A DNA stretch of 64,000 nt from Neoechinorhynchus agilis (Eukaryota; Animalia; Acanthocephala): contig CM121341.1 in assembly GCA_051530055.1 (NCBI GenBank), positions 8,472,784 to 8,536,783 on the forward strand. The letters run 5' to 3'. The notes beneath the pieces were generated by a model that was not told the origin of the DNA, did no database searches, and worked only from the letters and a program-made list of their open reading frames with translations. Positions 12,850-24,880 of this stretch are shown piece after piece. Positions within the stretch are counted from its first letter, which is position 1. Each line of letters begins with the position of its first letter. The translations under genes were made by a program, and so were the position numbers.

Positions 12850-13150
12850 TATGCGTTTTATCCGAGAAATCACCACTTGCAGAAAACCTACAAGCAAACT
12901 TTGGATAAACCCGACGAGGTTCGCAGAACGTCTTTAATACACTCTTTTTCGAGTTGAAAACTTCTAATGGACGATAAAGATGTTAATCCGCTTGGAACTT
13001 ATAGATTGGAAAAGAAAACAATTCTAATCTGTGAAGTGTTATTTAGAAGTCTTCAACCCGGCAAAGAACGTTTTATCAGACGTTCTGGACCTCTTCAGGC
13101 GAGAAAACTTACAGGCAAACTTAGGATGAACCCAACGAGCTATCAGCTTT
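12850..13150. mobile_element. Rearranged arms of the foldback MITE family also seen at 31681 and 53612
   Basis: Shares aacccgacgaggttcgcagaacgtctttaat and ttagaagtcttca motifs with the other copies. Confidence 0.55.
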
Positions 13151-13339
13151 AATAACATTCCACTATCATCATTCTTAGCTTAGATTACGGCGGAAGGCAA
13201 TTAAAATATCTATTTACTATTCCGATTTTAGGCAACGTGAGCACCATTTTTTCATGAAAAATAGCGAATTTTGTCTTCTAAGAAGCTATCGATGAGACAT
13301 TCATAACCTTCTCAAACTGATGGTTGCTTGCTTTCAGCT

Positions 13340-15810
13340 TGATTTTAATAACACGTTGGATCATTCACGCCACTGCTCTGGATAACACAGCTGCCGTCCC
13401 GGTTTAACGTTCGAAAGGACGAATGCAGCGTTCTCTCGTTGAACAGCCAGATTAATGTTTTGTAGGAGGAATGCCCCTACTCTCGGATCGCCAGTGATTC
13501 CTCTCAATCTCTTAGACAATTCTTAGACCAGGTCCTGCGCCGCGGTACCAAACGACCCGAGCGTCTCGACGCCAAATGGAACAAAATAATGATTTCGACT
13601 CAGCTCCCTGTATTTAATCTTTTTACGTTCCTCAGCGGCGATATGGTGGCGAATTTTATGTTGCTGGCTGCGAATGGCGTCCCGGAGAAGGCATTTTCCT
13701 TCTCGCCACGGGAATACTGTGACACCGTCCGATCTACGACGGCCATCGAATCGGCCAAGATTGATCGGCTCTAGGATGTTGGACGCATTCACAGTATTCA
13801 GGGCACGGCTAACAGAATTGCGTTCACTTCGGCGTGTCGCCGACAGACGAGACCATGACGTCCCGATGGTTCTACGGTCCCTTCGGAACGGCAGCAAAGG
13901 GATGTGCACATCGATACCCCAAGTCTCAGGGACACTTTGATCTTTACTGTCTCGTCGGAGAGTACCCACAGAAAGTGATTGGGAGAGCTTTGAGCCAAGC
14001 ACCCGATTCTCTTGTAGAGACTGCCGCCAATCGATTTCGGTTCACCAGGTCACTGGAATCTGAAATTAAAGAGTTATGAATTCTCGCTACCAGGGGCGAG
14101 TCCAAACTGATTGTTTGCAACCATTGATGGAGACCTGCTCGCTGCCTGAATCTCCACACCAAAGATCAAGCTCCTCCACGAAATCTTCATCCAAAGTTTT
14201 AATTTTCGCCAAGCACGGATTTAACTATTTTGCGGCTTGCTTCATACGATCCCAAATAAGCTCGCAGCGAAATATCGGCTACTTTTCGGATACCCAAACC
14301 GCCGGACGACACAGGCAAGGATGCTTGATGCCTGGCCTCGTCCGACAGCTGAGTATTAAAAATTTTCTCGAGAGAGGCTTTCACCGTCTCGTCTAATTGT
14401 GCCAGCTCATCCATATGTCTAAAAAAGGTGCTGTGCGCAGCTCATACAACAATTTTGGAATGAAGAGGTTGTTCTTGATCAGAAACAGAGCTCCGTGTGA
14501 AGATAATTCATCAACCCGTTCGCACAGCACCGAAAGTTGCGGTTGAAGATTGGCAATCTCTGCTTCAATATTAGAACTAAAAATGCCACTTCCAAGAAGA
14601 CACAACTCCTCTAGAGTGATCAATTCCACCCCGGGCCAGGTTTTGAAAATCTTTAACGATAGTTTGCCTTGGCGGTTCATCTTCCACGTTCATGACTAAA
14701 ATCTCGCATTTCGGAGCATTCAATTCAATGCCAATTTTCGCCGTCTTCTTCATCAGTGTCTCAGAATCCTGCAGTACAGCAGAGGGGCTACCTCCGAGCG
14801 TGGTATCGTCCATGTACCAGCCGTTAAATCTGGACTGGAGAGAGTGCGCGACGGGATTGACTGCGAGTGAGAAGGTTATTGGGCCATAAAGAACTTCTTT
14901 GTTGAGCTCCTCTTTCTGACAACAAAACGCGGTAACTGAACAACAAGGAAGTTGAAGTCCCGTGGGCATTAGCGAAATGCTTCTGGTGCGTGATCTCTAA
15001 CTACTTCGAGCAAATCTGCTCGGTGAACTACGTTGAATGCACCTATGAAATCACATTTCAATATCACGCACGGCTTTGAGTTTTCGGTGATGAACGTGCG
15101 GAGTGAGATATACAGCAGCCTAACTGAGTCGGGCGAAGCAGCATCCCGACTTTTTGCTCGATCCTTTTATTTTAAAATTTAGCTGTTAAGCGTCGCAGAG
15201 GTGTTCCAATTACAATGGGACGAATCCCCTCTTCCTTTTTTGCGAGGCCACACAAAGAGGCGCCGAAAAATTACTCAACTGCTTTCGGAATCAACTTTCG
15301 CCCTGCAAATTGGTCGACTAGGCGTGCCAATGTATCTTCAAGGGAATGGACAGCGTCACCTACTGAAAAAGGAAGTAATGTCCTTTAGGTGTTGGGGCTT
15401 CAGCCCGTCAAGCCCGTGAGCCAATCCGTTAGCAAAAGAGGAGATTGCCATCCTCACTTCTGATTTCGATGATAAAACATAAGGGATCGTATCAAAGGAC
15501 GAGGATTTCACGAAATACTGCCGACCACCGTCACTCGGATGTTTGGAACGAAGAGTTCGTAAGGTTTCTTCATTATCTTTGGTGAGACTGTCCATTGATG
15601 ATACTTCGAAGGAACGCATCCATCAACCGACTGATTTGGGTTTCGGCGGTGGTCATGCTCCTGGGCATGTTCATAACGTAGCTCGCATGCTGTTAAAAGG
15701 CATTTAATAACATTTTCGTCAAAAGAACTTATTCGCACTTTTGTTTTTGTGTCAGGGATCCCTCAGGAACATCACCATAGGAAAACACTAGTCTAGGGAA
15801 CGCAAAAAGA
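13340..15810 (-). mobile_element. CRE-clade (RLE) non-LTR retrotransposon, degenerate and 5'-truncated
   Basis: RT motifs YGPITFSLAVNP...GWYMDDTTLGG; GGLGIRK; CxxEGTVEPSGRH; RLE motifs SDGVTVFPWREGKCLLRD and FVPFGVETLGSFG. Multiple frameshifts. Confidence 0.9.
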
Positions 15811-16063
15811 CGCATCCACGAAAACTCTGAGTTAGTCTCGATGCAGCCTGTCAATAGGAAAGTGAATATCTTTGCGGCCCTTTGAATTTAAAACAAAGAG
15901 GAGAGAATATCTTTGTTATTCTGAATTCACGAAAAGTCATTAAAAATATTGACTAGCTTAAATAAACACAATCTTCCATGAATAATTCGCGAAAAATTCG
16001 AACTGTTTTATGGTTTTATTCTACGAATTGATGAAACCCGATGATCGACGTTCAATCGAGAGG

Positions 16064-16106
16064 TGCGTTGGCCGGGATTCGAACCCGGATCAATTGCTAC
16101 CAACGC
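16064..16106 (-). pseudogene. tRNA-Gly(TCC)-derived remnant lacking the D arm and anticodon loop
   Basis: Reverse complement GCGTTGGT-AGCAATTGAT-CCGGGTTCGAATCCCGG-CCAACGCA. The 5' 8 nt and 3' about 35 nt match the known metazoan tRNA-Gly(TCC) pattern, with the internal about 29 nt absent. Confidence 0.85.
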
Positions 16107-16269
16107 CGAATAAGTTATAAAGCTGTATTTTGCACAGTGAGAGATCGTTGTCAAGAATCGATCTGAAGTCAATGAGAAATTAAATTATCTGCGTTCTAGA
16201 TCCGATAGGGCCGAAACTGCGGCTGGTTTTTTATAAGTTTAACAATTCGATAAAATGTGTCGACATTGT

Positions 16270-16510
16270 TGAAATGGATTAGGTCCAAGGGAGGTATATA
16301 AAGACCAGCAACAAAAAAAACCCGGAAAACAGGGACAAATAGAGAGTACGATCGATGAAGAGTCCTGGCATCAACAACGAATTAATCAGGCTACTAACCC
16401 AGTTCTCTCTAACTTCCGGTGTCCCGTTTGCTCCAGACTATACAGATCCAGAATCGGACCGTACCAGAATGATCATCTTTAGAGAACTGTCGTATTATGT
16501 CATCGGCTGA
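16270..16510 (+). mobile_element. 3' fragment of an RTE-like LINE
   Basis: NFRCPVCSRLYRSRIGPYQ resembles the C-terminal CxxC...SRIGLxSH zinc-finger tail of RTE-type ORF2. Confidence 0.5.
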
Positions 16511-17732
16511 CAGCAACAAAACCAAAAATTAATTCTCGTAAAATTTTATGGGGCGTTTGTCCTTTTAAAAGTAAAACAATGCCTTCCCTTATACAATAGA
16601 AGTTTACTTAAAAGTCATGTTTATTTGTTAATCAACAAAGAATAGGGCCAACGTACCTTTGGGTCCTCATAAACACTCGAGTTTTGAGTTGATCAAAGAA
16701 TGCAATTGTTGATTTTGGAGTGGATTGCGGATTTGGTCGGTTGGGAATGTCCGGTCGAGGGATCTTAGCCACAAGAAAGCACTGCCTCAATGGACGTGTA
16801 ATAGACGGGATGAAAAATCGATAAATTTTTAGGGCTGGTGCTAAGCACTCTCCATGGTTGCGTCTTGTTAGCGAATCAATGGTTTCGCAAGTCAGACTTT
16901 AGTCAGTGGCATAGTAATGTTCGTCGCAACCGATCCAAAAGATATATTTTTGGGGAGGAACGGGAGATATTTTTTTCTTTAATGACAAGTTTTATTTCAA
17001 GGAAAATACAAGCCATCAAAATGTGCACCTTAGATATCTAGTGAAACTTGTAAGCTTTAAGCGGATTTTTAATGTTTTAGCTTTGCAGCCTAAAAACGTT
17101 AGTTGTTGTTTTACAATGAAACATCGATTATTTGTCGATAGGAGAGATAAATGAAATTAAGATTTTATTGGATATTTCGATCCACTATCTCGGATCTTCT
17201 TCAGCGCTTAACAAATAACGATGAATTATCTTTTCAACGAAGCATCGATTATCCGAAACGTCGATTTTATCCGAAAAAGCCCTACTAATCAATTATTGTT
17301 GATAGATAAGAGAATCAGAAACTTTATAGCGAAAAGAAGGTAAGTGATTATTTTAAACACCAAAAGCTAAAAATATGTAATTCTTCCCCAAAATTCGGTT
17401 TTTTTAAAACCATTGGGTTTTCGGTTATCCGAACGGTGTCCGATCTTAATTAATTCAAAATAGTTTGAACCTGTGCAGAACGATATTGGATTTTTTCCAG
17501 ACGAGATCAACTTGCTCACTATTTATTGGAGCTAAATTGATTCATTTTTAATCTAAGATATTCGAATGGCTAACGAGCTTTTATGATAGACGGCTAGATA
17601 TTTTATTGGTGAAAAATCGGCATTGACTTTAAAAAGTTTCAATATTTCGAGCTCTGAGGACTCAGGTGACGATCACCTTAATCTTCCTTTTGAATAAAGT
17701 AAGAATGAAAGCTATCAAAAAATTTTATAATA

Positions 17733-18028
17733 AAAGAAGTAAAACCAGTAATGGATATTTTGTTCTTTAAAAGAATCTACGATTATATCATTTTATTAGG
17801 CACAAAGTTCAAGGCGACTTGGTGTAAATGTGTCAGAAAGAAATTAGATAAAGACGATGCCGCTGATGGAATTGTGATAATGGAATCGTACCAACTTTTT
17901 AACATTCAGGATTTAATTCTGCTTGCAAACATCAATGGAAAGTATTTTCACCAGTGAATCTTTAGTTAGCCCATAAAAAAAGTTGACTGATTATTAGTCT
18001 CAGAGTTCTACCAAAGTTTGGATGAAAA
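17733..18028 (+). repeat. 296-bp unique cap of the left inverted arm
   Basis: Reverse complement of 60944-61239, identical by eye. Contains the 68-aa ORF 17751-17957. Confidence 0.97.
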
Positions 18029-20293
18029 GAAAGATGAAAGCCTTTATATTTTTGATTAATCGATATCCGGAATTTCGGTACATGACTTAATCTCCAAAAT
18101 CAAAGCAGTGATCTCTGATTGATTTTATTAAACGGACACTGATTGATATTTTCCTAATTGCCTTATAAATTTTCCTCAGCTGCCAGAAAGATGAAAGTCT
18201 TTATATTTTCGATTAATCGATATCCGGAATTCCGGTACATGACTTAATCTCCCAAATCAAAGCAGTGATCTCTGATTGATTTTATTAAACGGACACATTG
18301 ATATTTTCTTAATTGCCTTATAAATTTTCCTCAGCTGCCTGAAAGTTTATATTTGACTCTCCAATTTATTGAAGGTAAAAAGATTTAGCTAAAAAAAGTT
18401 TTTTTTTTTTGAAGATGAAAGTTTTATATTTTCGATTAATCGATATCCGGAATTCCGGTACATGACTTAATCTCCAAATCAAAGCAGTGATCTCTGATTG
18501 ATTTTATTAAACGGACACTGATTGATATTTTCCTAATTGCCTTATAAATTTTCCTCAGCTGCCAGAAAGATGAAAGTCTTTATATTTTCGATTAATCGAT
18601 ATCCGGAATTCCGGTACATGACTTAATCTCCCAAATCAAAGCAGTGATCTCTGATTGATTTTATTAAACGGACACTGATTGATATTTTCTTAATTGCCTT
18701 ATAAATTTTCCTCAGCTGCCTGAAAGTTTATATTTGACTCTCCAATTTATTGAAGGTAAAAAGATTTAGGCTAAAAAAAAGTGGTTATATTTTCGATTAA
18801 TCGATATCCCGAATTCCGGTACATGACTTAATCTCCCAAATCAAAGCAGTGATCTCTGATTGATTTTATTAAACGGACACTGATTGATATTTTCCTAATT
18901 GCCTTATAAATTTTCCTCAGCTGCCAGAAAGATGAAAGTCTTTATATTTTCGATTAATCGATATCCGGAATTCCGGTACATGACTTAATCTCCCAAATCA
19001 AAGCAGTGATCTCTGATTGATTTTACTAAACGGACACTGATTGATATTTTCCTAATTGCCTTATAAATTTTCCTTAGCTGCCTGAAAGTTTATATTTGAC
19101 TCTCCAATTTATTGAAGGTAAAAAGATTTAGGCTAAAAAACAAGTGGTTATATTTTCGATTAATCGATATCCCGAATTCCGGTACATGACTTAATCTCCC
19201 AAATCAAAGCAGTGATCTCTGATTGATTTTATTAAACGGACACATTGATATTTTCCTAATTGCCTTATAAATTTTCCTCAGCTGCCAGAAAGATGAAAGT
19301 CTTTATATTTTCGATTAATCGATATCCGGAATTCCGGTACATGACTTAATCTCCCAAATCAAAGCAGTGATCTCTGATTGATTTTATTAAACGGACACAT
19401 TAATATTTTCTTAATTGCCTTATAAATTTTCCTCAGCTGCCAGAAAGATGAAAGTCTTTATATTTTCGATTAATCGATATCCGGAATTCCGGTACATGAC
19501 TTAATCTCCCAAATCAAAGCAGTGATCTCTGATTGATTTTATAAACGACACTGATTGATATTTTCTTAATTGCCTTATAAATTTTCCTTAGCTGCCTAAA
19601 AGTTTATATTTGACTCTCCAATTTATTGAAGGTAAAAAGATTTAGGCTAAAAAACAAGTGGTTATATTTTCGATTAATCGATATCCCGAATTCCGGTGCA
19701 TGACTTAATCTCCCAAATCGAAGCAGTGATCTCTGATTGATTTTATTAAACGGACACATTAATATTTTCTTAATTGCCTTATAAATTTTCCTCAGCTGCC
19801 AGAAAGATGAAAGTCTTTATATTTTCGATTAATCGATATCCGGAATTCCGGTACATGACTTAATCTCCCAAATTGAAGCAGTGATCTCTGATTGATTTTA
19901 TTTAACGGACACTGACTGCTATTTTCCTAATTGCCTTATAAATGTTCCTTTGCTGCCTGAAACTTTATATTTGACTCCCCAATTTATTGAAGGTAAAAAG
20001 ATTTAGGCTAAAAAACAAGCGGTTATATTTTCGATTAATCGATATCCCGAATTCCGGTACATGACTTAATCTCCCAAATCAAAGCAGTGATCTCTGATTT
20101 ATTTTATTAAACGGACACATTAATATTTTCTTAATTGCCTTATAAATTTTCCTCAGTTGCCAGAAAGATGAAAGTCTTTATATTTTCGATTAATCGATAT
20201 CCCGAATTCCGGTGCATGACTGAGTCTCCCAAATCAAAGCAGTGATCTCTGATTGATTTTATTAAACGGACACTGATTGCTATTTTCCTTATA
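18029..20293 (+). repeat. Satellite array, about 13 monomers of about 157 bp and about 205 bp
   Basis: gaaagatgaaag anchors at 18029, 18186, 18565, 18927, 19288, 19443, 19802 and 20163 give periods of about 155-157 and 359-379. Confidence 0.98.
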
Positions 20294-21025
20294 ACTTTAA
20301 ATCAATCCTTATAGGATTTTGTACCTTAAAGCATACTGGTGACCATGTTGAAGGTTGTCGGTTTAAATTCCTAGAAATCTTCGCTTTAAAAAAGTGAGCT
20401 AACAAGTCGACGAACTGAGTGCGTCGCTGCTGTTTTATTCGTTGATCTTTACGTTTAGAATACAATTTTTATGGATCGAGGACGACAGCCGGCTGATATA
20501 TATACTTGTTATCTATAATGCCAATCGTCTTGTCCATCGTACTTCTAATCTGGACGTTGTTGTGTTCTTTTATTTATGTCGTAAATTCGTCTGCTGTTAC
20601 GCTCCTTTTCCATCGAGACATGCTGCCTATTTGATTTTGTTAAATCAATTGAAGAAGTCGTTCAAATTTCTCATCTTTTATTTATGTTTTGCAATATACA
20701 TTGTCTCGAGTCGAGCTAAGCCAGTGGCTGCTTAATTGACCTACGATCTTATAACCAATTTCTTTTTTCATGATTCCTACTAAGGCACAGATCGGACAGC
20801 TTCATAAATTGTTGCTGCAAAAAACTGACATAAAGGAAATGATTTTTCATTTAGCGGTTCTCGATGTATAGTTTTCATTGGGTAGTTTTTTGGAGACCAA
20901 AATTACGCTTTATGTATTTCTATTATTTTTAATACTCGTAAGCTTGATTTGTTTTAAAGTGCCACAAAGTCTGGGTCTTTTAAAGGTCTTAGACATTTAG
21001 CATCTTCATGTTCCGTACCCTTTAG

Positions 21026-24000
21026 ATGGTTCGCTTTCGTATAGGTTGGTGCCGATTCCGTCAATCGTCAATACTGTTCGCTACATTGGTCATTACGGTC
21101 GTAATCGTAATTTTCATGTCTTTTAACCACTTCACTGGAAGTGAAGATAGCTTTTGGCCAGTTCCTATGAAAGTTCGTCAACCTCAATTTGAAGCAATAA
21201 CGCAAGATTTAATGGAAAATAACAGTGTTTTGACACGCAAATACCCTTTTATGGATCGGAATAAACTAGGAAACTACGAAGAAGTATCGTTCATGGAGAT
21301 TAAAGCAATCGGTGCAGGTGGTGTTGGTGTGGAATTGGATGAAAGTGAAAAGGATGCTATTGACGCGAGCGTTGCCGAGTATGGTCTTAACGCACACTTG
21401 AGCGATATGATATCAATGGATCGAAGAATCCGGGACACTCGTCATCCAGAGTAAGTGTGGCTCACTATAGTGTAAATGTATCCATTTTAAAACTCTAGGA
21501 ACTCGACCAAATGAAAATTATTAGCAAATTTCCTTCTTAAGCTTTATAATGCGATTTTTGCCTATTTTTTAATTGAGGTTGTAGCAAGGTTAGACTTGAT
21601 TTTGGTGTCATTTTCGGTGATTCTTACACTTGTTTCGCATCTTGTTTCCACTGGAACATTATATCTTCATTGTTCGTTGGCGAATCCTGTCCCCGGTGTT
21701 GTCGCTACTTATTTATATGAGAAATATTTCACAAGGAAACTTACCAACAATGGCGACTGAAGAGGCAAGGAAAACCTTGTGAAATATTTCTCAAATAAAC
21801 AGGATTCGCCAACGTACAATCAAATTCACCCCGAGGACAATGATATATGACGTTATATCTTTAATTAGAACGCGATAAACTCTTTTATTTGTTATCACAA
21901 GGTAAAAACGATCGATTTTAATAGAAACCTGTTCCATTATTCGCTTCATTATGTTAAACTACGTTTCATTGGTGTGTTTGAAAAGGTGCAAATATTGGCA
22001 TTATCCGGAGATATTGCCGACCGCAAGTGTCGTGATCGTATTTTTCAACGAAGCATGGTCAGTTATCGTTCGAACGGTTCATAGTGCAATCAATACGTCT
22101 CCAAAGCACCTAATGCGTGAAGTTATTTTAGTAGACGATGGAAGCACTTACGGTAAGCACTTCTCCTCACTAATTTCTTACTTAAAAAAAGATACGTCGA
22201 AAAATTTGACGGAATACATTAAACGATGGCGAGGCAAGGTTAAACTAATCATAAATCCACACCGAATGGGTCTTATTAAAGCCAGGATTATTGGGGCTCA
22301 GCACGTTTCTAGCGACGTTATTGTCATACTGGACGCTCACTGTGAGTGCGTTACAAACTGGCTACCTCCTCTTCTTGCTGAAATTTCAAATAATCGGTAA
22401 GCATTTTCAGCTTTATTCTGGCGCTTTGAGTACTATTAAAAAAAAATAGACGCACAATGGCTATTCCTATCGTAGATGGACTCGATTGGCGGACATTTCA
22501 ACATCGAAGTATTTACGGCGAACAACCATATCGCGGAATTTGGGAATGGGGATTTCTGTACAAAGAAACACCAGTATCGAAACGAGAATATAGTCGCTGG
22601 GATCACATTACTCGACCGTATTGGTAAGCTTCGAAACTTGTAATTCCGTTCTATTGTTTGAAGGTCACCTACTCATGCAGGTGGACTGCTAGCCATTGAT
22701 GCCGGCTGGTTCAGGGAATTAGGAATGTATGATGAAGGAATAAAAATTTGGGGAGGTGAACAATACGAACTTAGTTTTAAGGTTTGGTCCACGGATTATG
22801 GTGGTAGCATGAAGAATATCGTGTTTAGGTTTGGTTATGTGGAGGAAATGTCAAATGGGTACCTTGTTCAAGAGTCGCCCATGTGTACAGGGGACCGAGA
22901 AGAAAATATTTTCCTTTTCCTCACGCACAAAATCATCAGACTGATCGGGTAAGCGGATGACTTTTTAGCTAATATTTATGAGAAAAAAATTTGTTTTGAA
23001 ATTTAGTTCCAAAGTGTACATTTGTCGCTTTTTATTCAATTTCTTTGGTAGAAATCTGCTAAAGATGGACATTAGCTAGCGGAGCTAAAGATGTATTATC
23101 TATAAAGAATGATTGGGCGAGAATTGAAACCTCATTTAAAAAATCACAACCTTATATTTTAATGCAATATTCTTAACTTGCGCGTATAAGACCTTTTTTG
23201 AAGAGCTAATTTTGCACAATTTTAATGTAAAACGAGATTGCCATTTCGATTTGATGGCTAATTTTGGAAAGCCCAAACACGAATTGGGTTTTAGTTGAAC
23301 AATTTTGCCCACACTTAAATTTTTTTTAACGGCACCACGATTTTCGTTTCAATTTACTCCTCAATGACTTAATCATGATCAGAATCACCTTCGTCTATCG
23401 GAAGTATGGATGGACGAGTACAAAAAGTACTTTCGAATTCGGGAACCAGCTACGGTGCAACTTGATTTCGGTGATGTTTCGGACCAGATATCTCTAAGAA
23501 ATAGACTAAACTGTACATCATTTGATTGGTTTATGAAAAACGTAGCCTACGACATGTTCAGAAAATTTCCTCTTCCATCTGAGAACGTTGCTTGGGGTGA
23601 GGTGAGCTGAACCATTATTTTGTTTCTCTCTTTGCTAAAGCTTATTATCAGTGCAAAAACATTGGAGCTAACGTTTGCCTCGATCAACTTGGAGCCGGAT
23701 TCGGAGATGTGATCGGTGTTTATACCTGCCATAACCAAGTTTGCCTTTATTTGATAAAATACCTTTTAATTGTGTCTTGTGCAGTTATTCAGATTAAATG
23801 CCAAAGGCGAAATCTCATCTGGAGAGCACTGTTTCCATTCACGATCCGATGGAACCGTTAGAAAGAAGTTCTGTCTTGATAACGAAGGCATTTGGAATCC
23901 AGTTGGAGAATGGATGTACGATAATGTAAGTACCATTAATGTTTAAGTTTAAAATATATCCTGCTCCGTAAAAGGTCACTCTAAAGTTAACATCGAAGGT

Positions 24001-24106
24001 AACTGGTAAATGTCTGGAGGCGAGCCAATCCAGTCTTCAGATGAAGAAATGTGTTGGCGGGAAAAAGGATCAAATGTGGACATGGAAAAATTTCTACTAC
24101 AACTAA
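21026..24106 (+). CDS. GALNT7: Polypeptide N-acetylgalactosaminyltransferase (GALNT7/gly-7-like), multi-exon
   Basis: Type II TM N-terminus; [16 protein letters not shown]; LDAHCEC (DxH motif); [12 protein letters not shown]; [12 protein letters not shown]; WMDEYK; ricin-B lectin exons ending [11 protein letters not shown] at 24104-24106. GT-AG introns were checked at several junctions. Family assignment is sure, subfamily is likely. Confidence 0.9.
21660..21850. mobile_element. Small foldback (MITE-like) element in GALNT intron 1
   Basis: Nested inverted pairs gttggcgaatcctgt/acaggattcgccaac and gagaaatatttcacaagg/ccttgtgaaatatttctc. A related gaaatatttcac hairpin lies at about 12696-12740. 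Confidence 0.65.
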
Positions 24107-24429
24107 AAAAATCCCATGTTATTTTTGTAATATTTGCAAAAATGAACGACCCTGTTGTCTTCTTTGTATTCGTCGTAAAATCCATCTTATTGTTTAACGA
24201 TATTTCTTAAGATACCCGAGAGCCTATAAACGATCGTCCTTGTGGCCAACAAACATTATCAAATGTAACCTGTACGTTCCGTGCTTTCGTTTCCGAAGAC
24301 CAATCTTCTTTGTTTACCTTTTTTTGCAATGTTTGTTTTTTGACCATTTGTATTTATCGATTTTTTAACCTACGAATTGTAAATTTCTTAATATACTTTC
24401 TTGGGCGTAGACTAAAAACGAATTTTTAA

Positions 24430-24880
24430 AATGTTTGAAAATTGAATTGTTCATGTTTGCATTTGGGATAAAAATTAAAAGAATTTATTGATTCCGAGTG
24501 GTTTCGAAGGTACAATCTCGTACGCGTTTATCAAGGTTGTTTAAATGTCGTTTTCGCACTTGAAAGTATAAGATTGTTTCGAAACCAATCGGAATTAATA
24601 AATCCTTTTAATTTTTATGCCAGGTGTAAACAATTTTTAGAATATTGTTTATTTTCTCTATTAAGTTTCTTTTATTTTATTCCTAAACTACAATACAGTT
24701 CATGCATTAAGGCGTTTGTTAACGAATGGAAAGTAGAAATGTTTGAAGACTGAATTGTTCATGTTTGTATCTGGCGTAAAAATTAAAAGGATTTATTGAT
24801 TTACAACCTTGATAAACGCGCACAAGATTGTGCCAAAATAATGGAAACACTAAATCCTTTTAATTTTTACGCCAGAAAGT
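24430..24880. mobile_element. Two related foldback elements in tandem
   Basis: taaaaattaaaag(a/g)atttattgat and aaatccttttaatttta arms recur in inverted orientation in both 24440-24620 and 24745-24875. Confidence 0.6.

Noticed and set aside
17700-17740. Target-site duplication flanking the giant inverted arms
   Set aside because: The left flank (tttataata) and right flank (ggataattt) share only ataat at different offsets; this is not a credible TSD.
18200-18240. Cloning polylinker or vector contamination (ClaI, EcoRV, BspEI, EcoRI sites stacked)
   Set aside because: The sites arise from natural palindromes repeated in about 33 diverging monomers, and no vector backbone is present.
19120-19140. 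Telomeric TTAGGC motif in the long monomer
   Set aside because: One hexamer per unit, never in tandem.
18029-20293. CRISPR-like array
   Set aside because: The units are homogeneous over their full length with no unique spacers, there are no cas genes, and the context is eukaryotic with spliceosomal introns.
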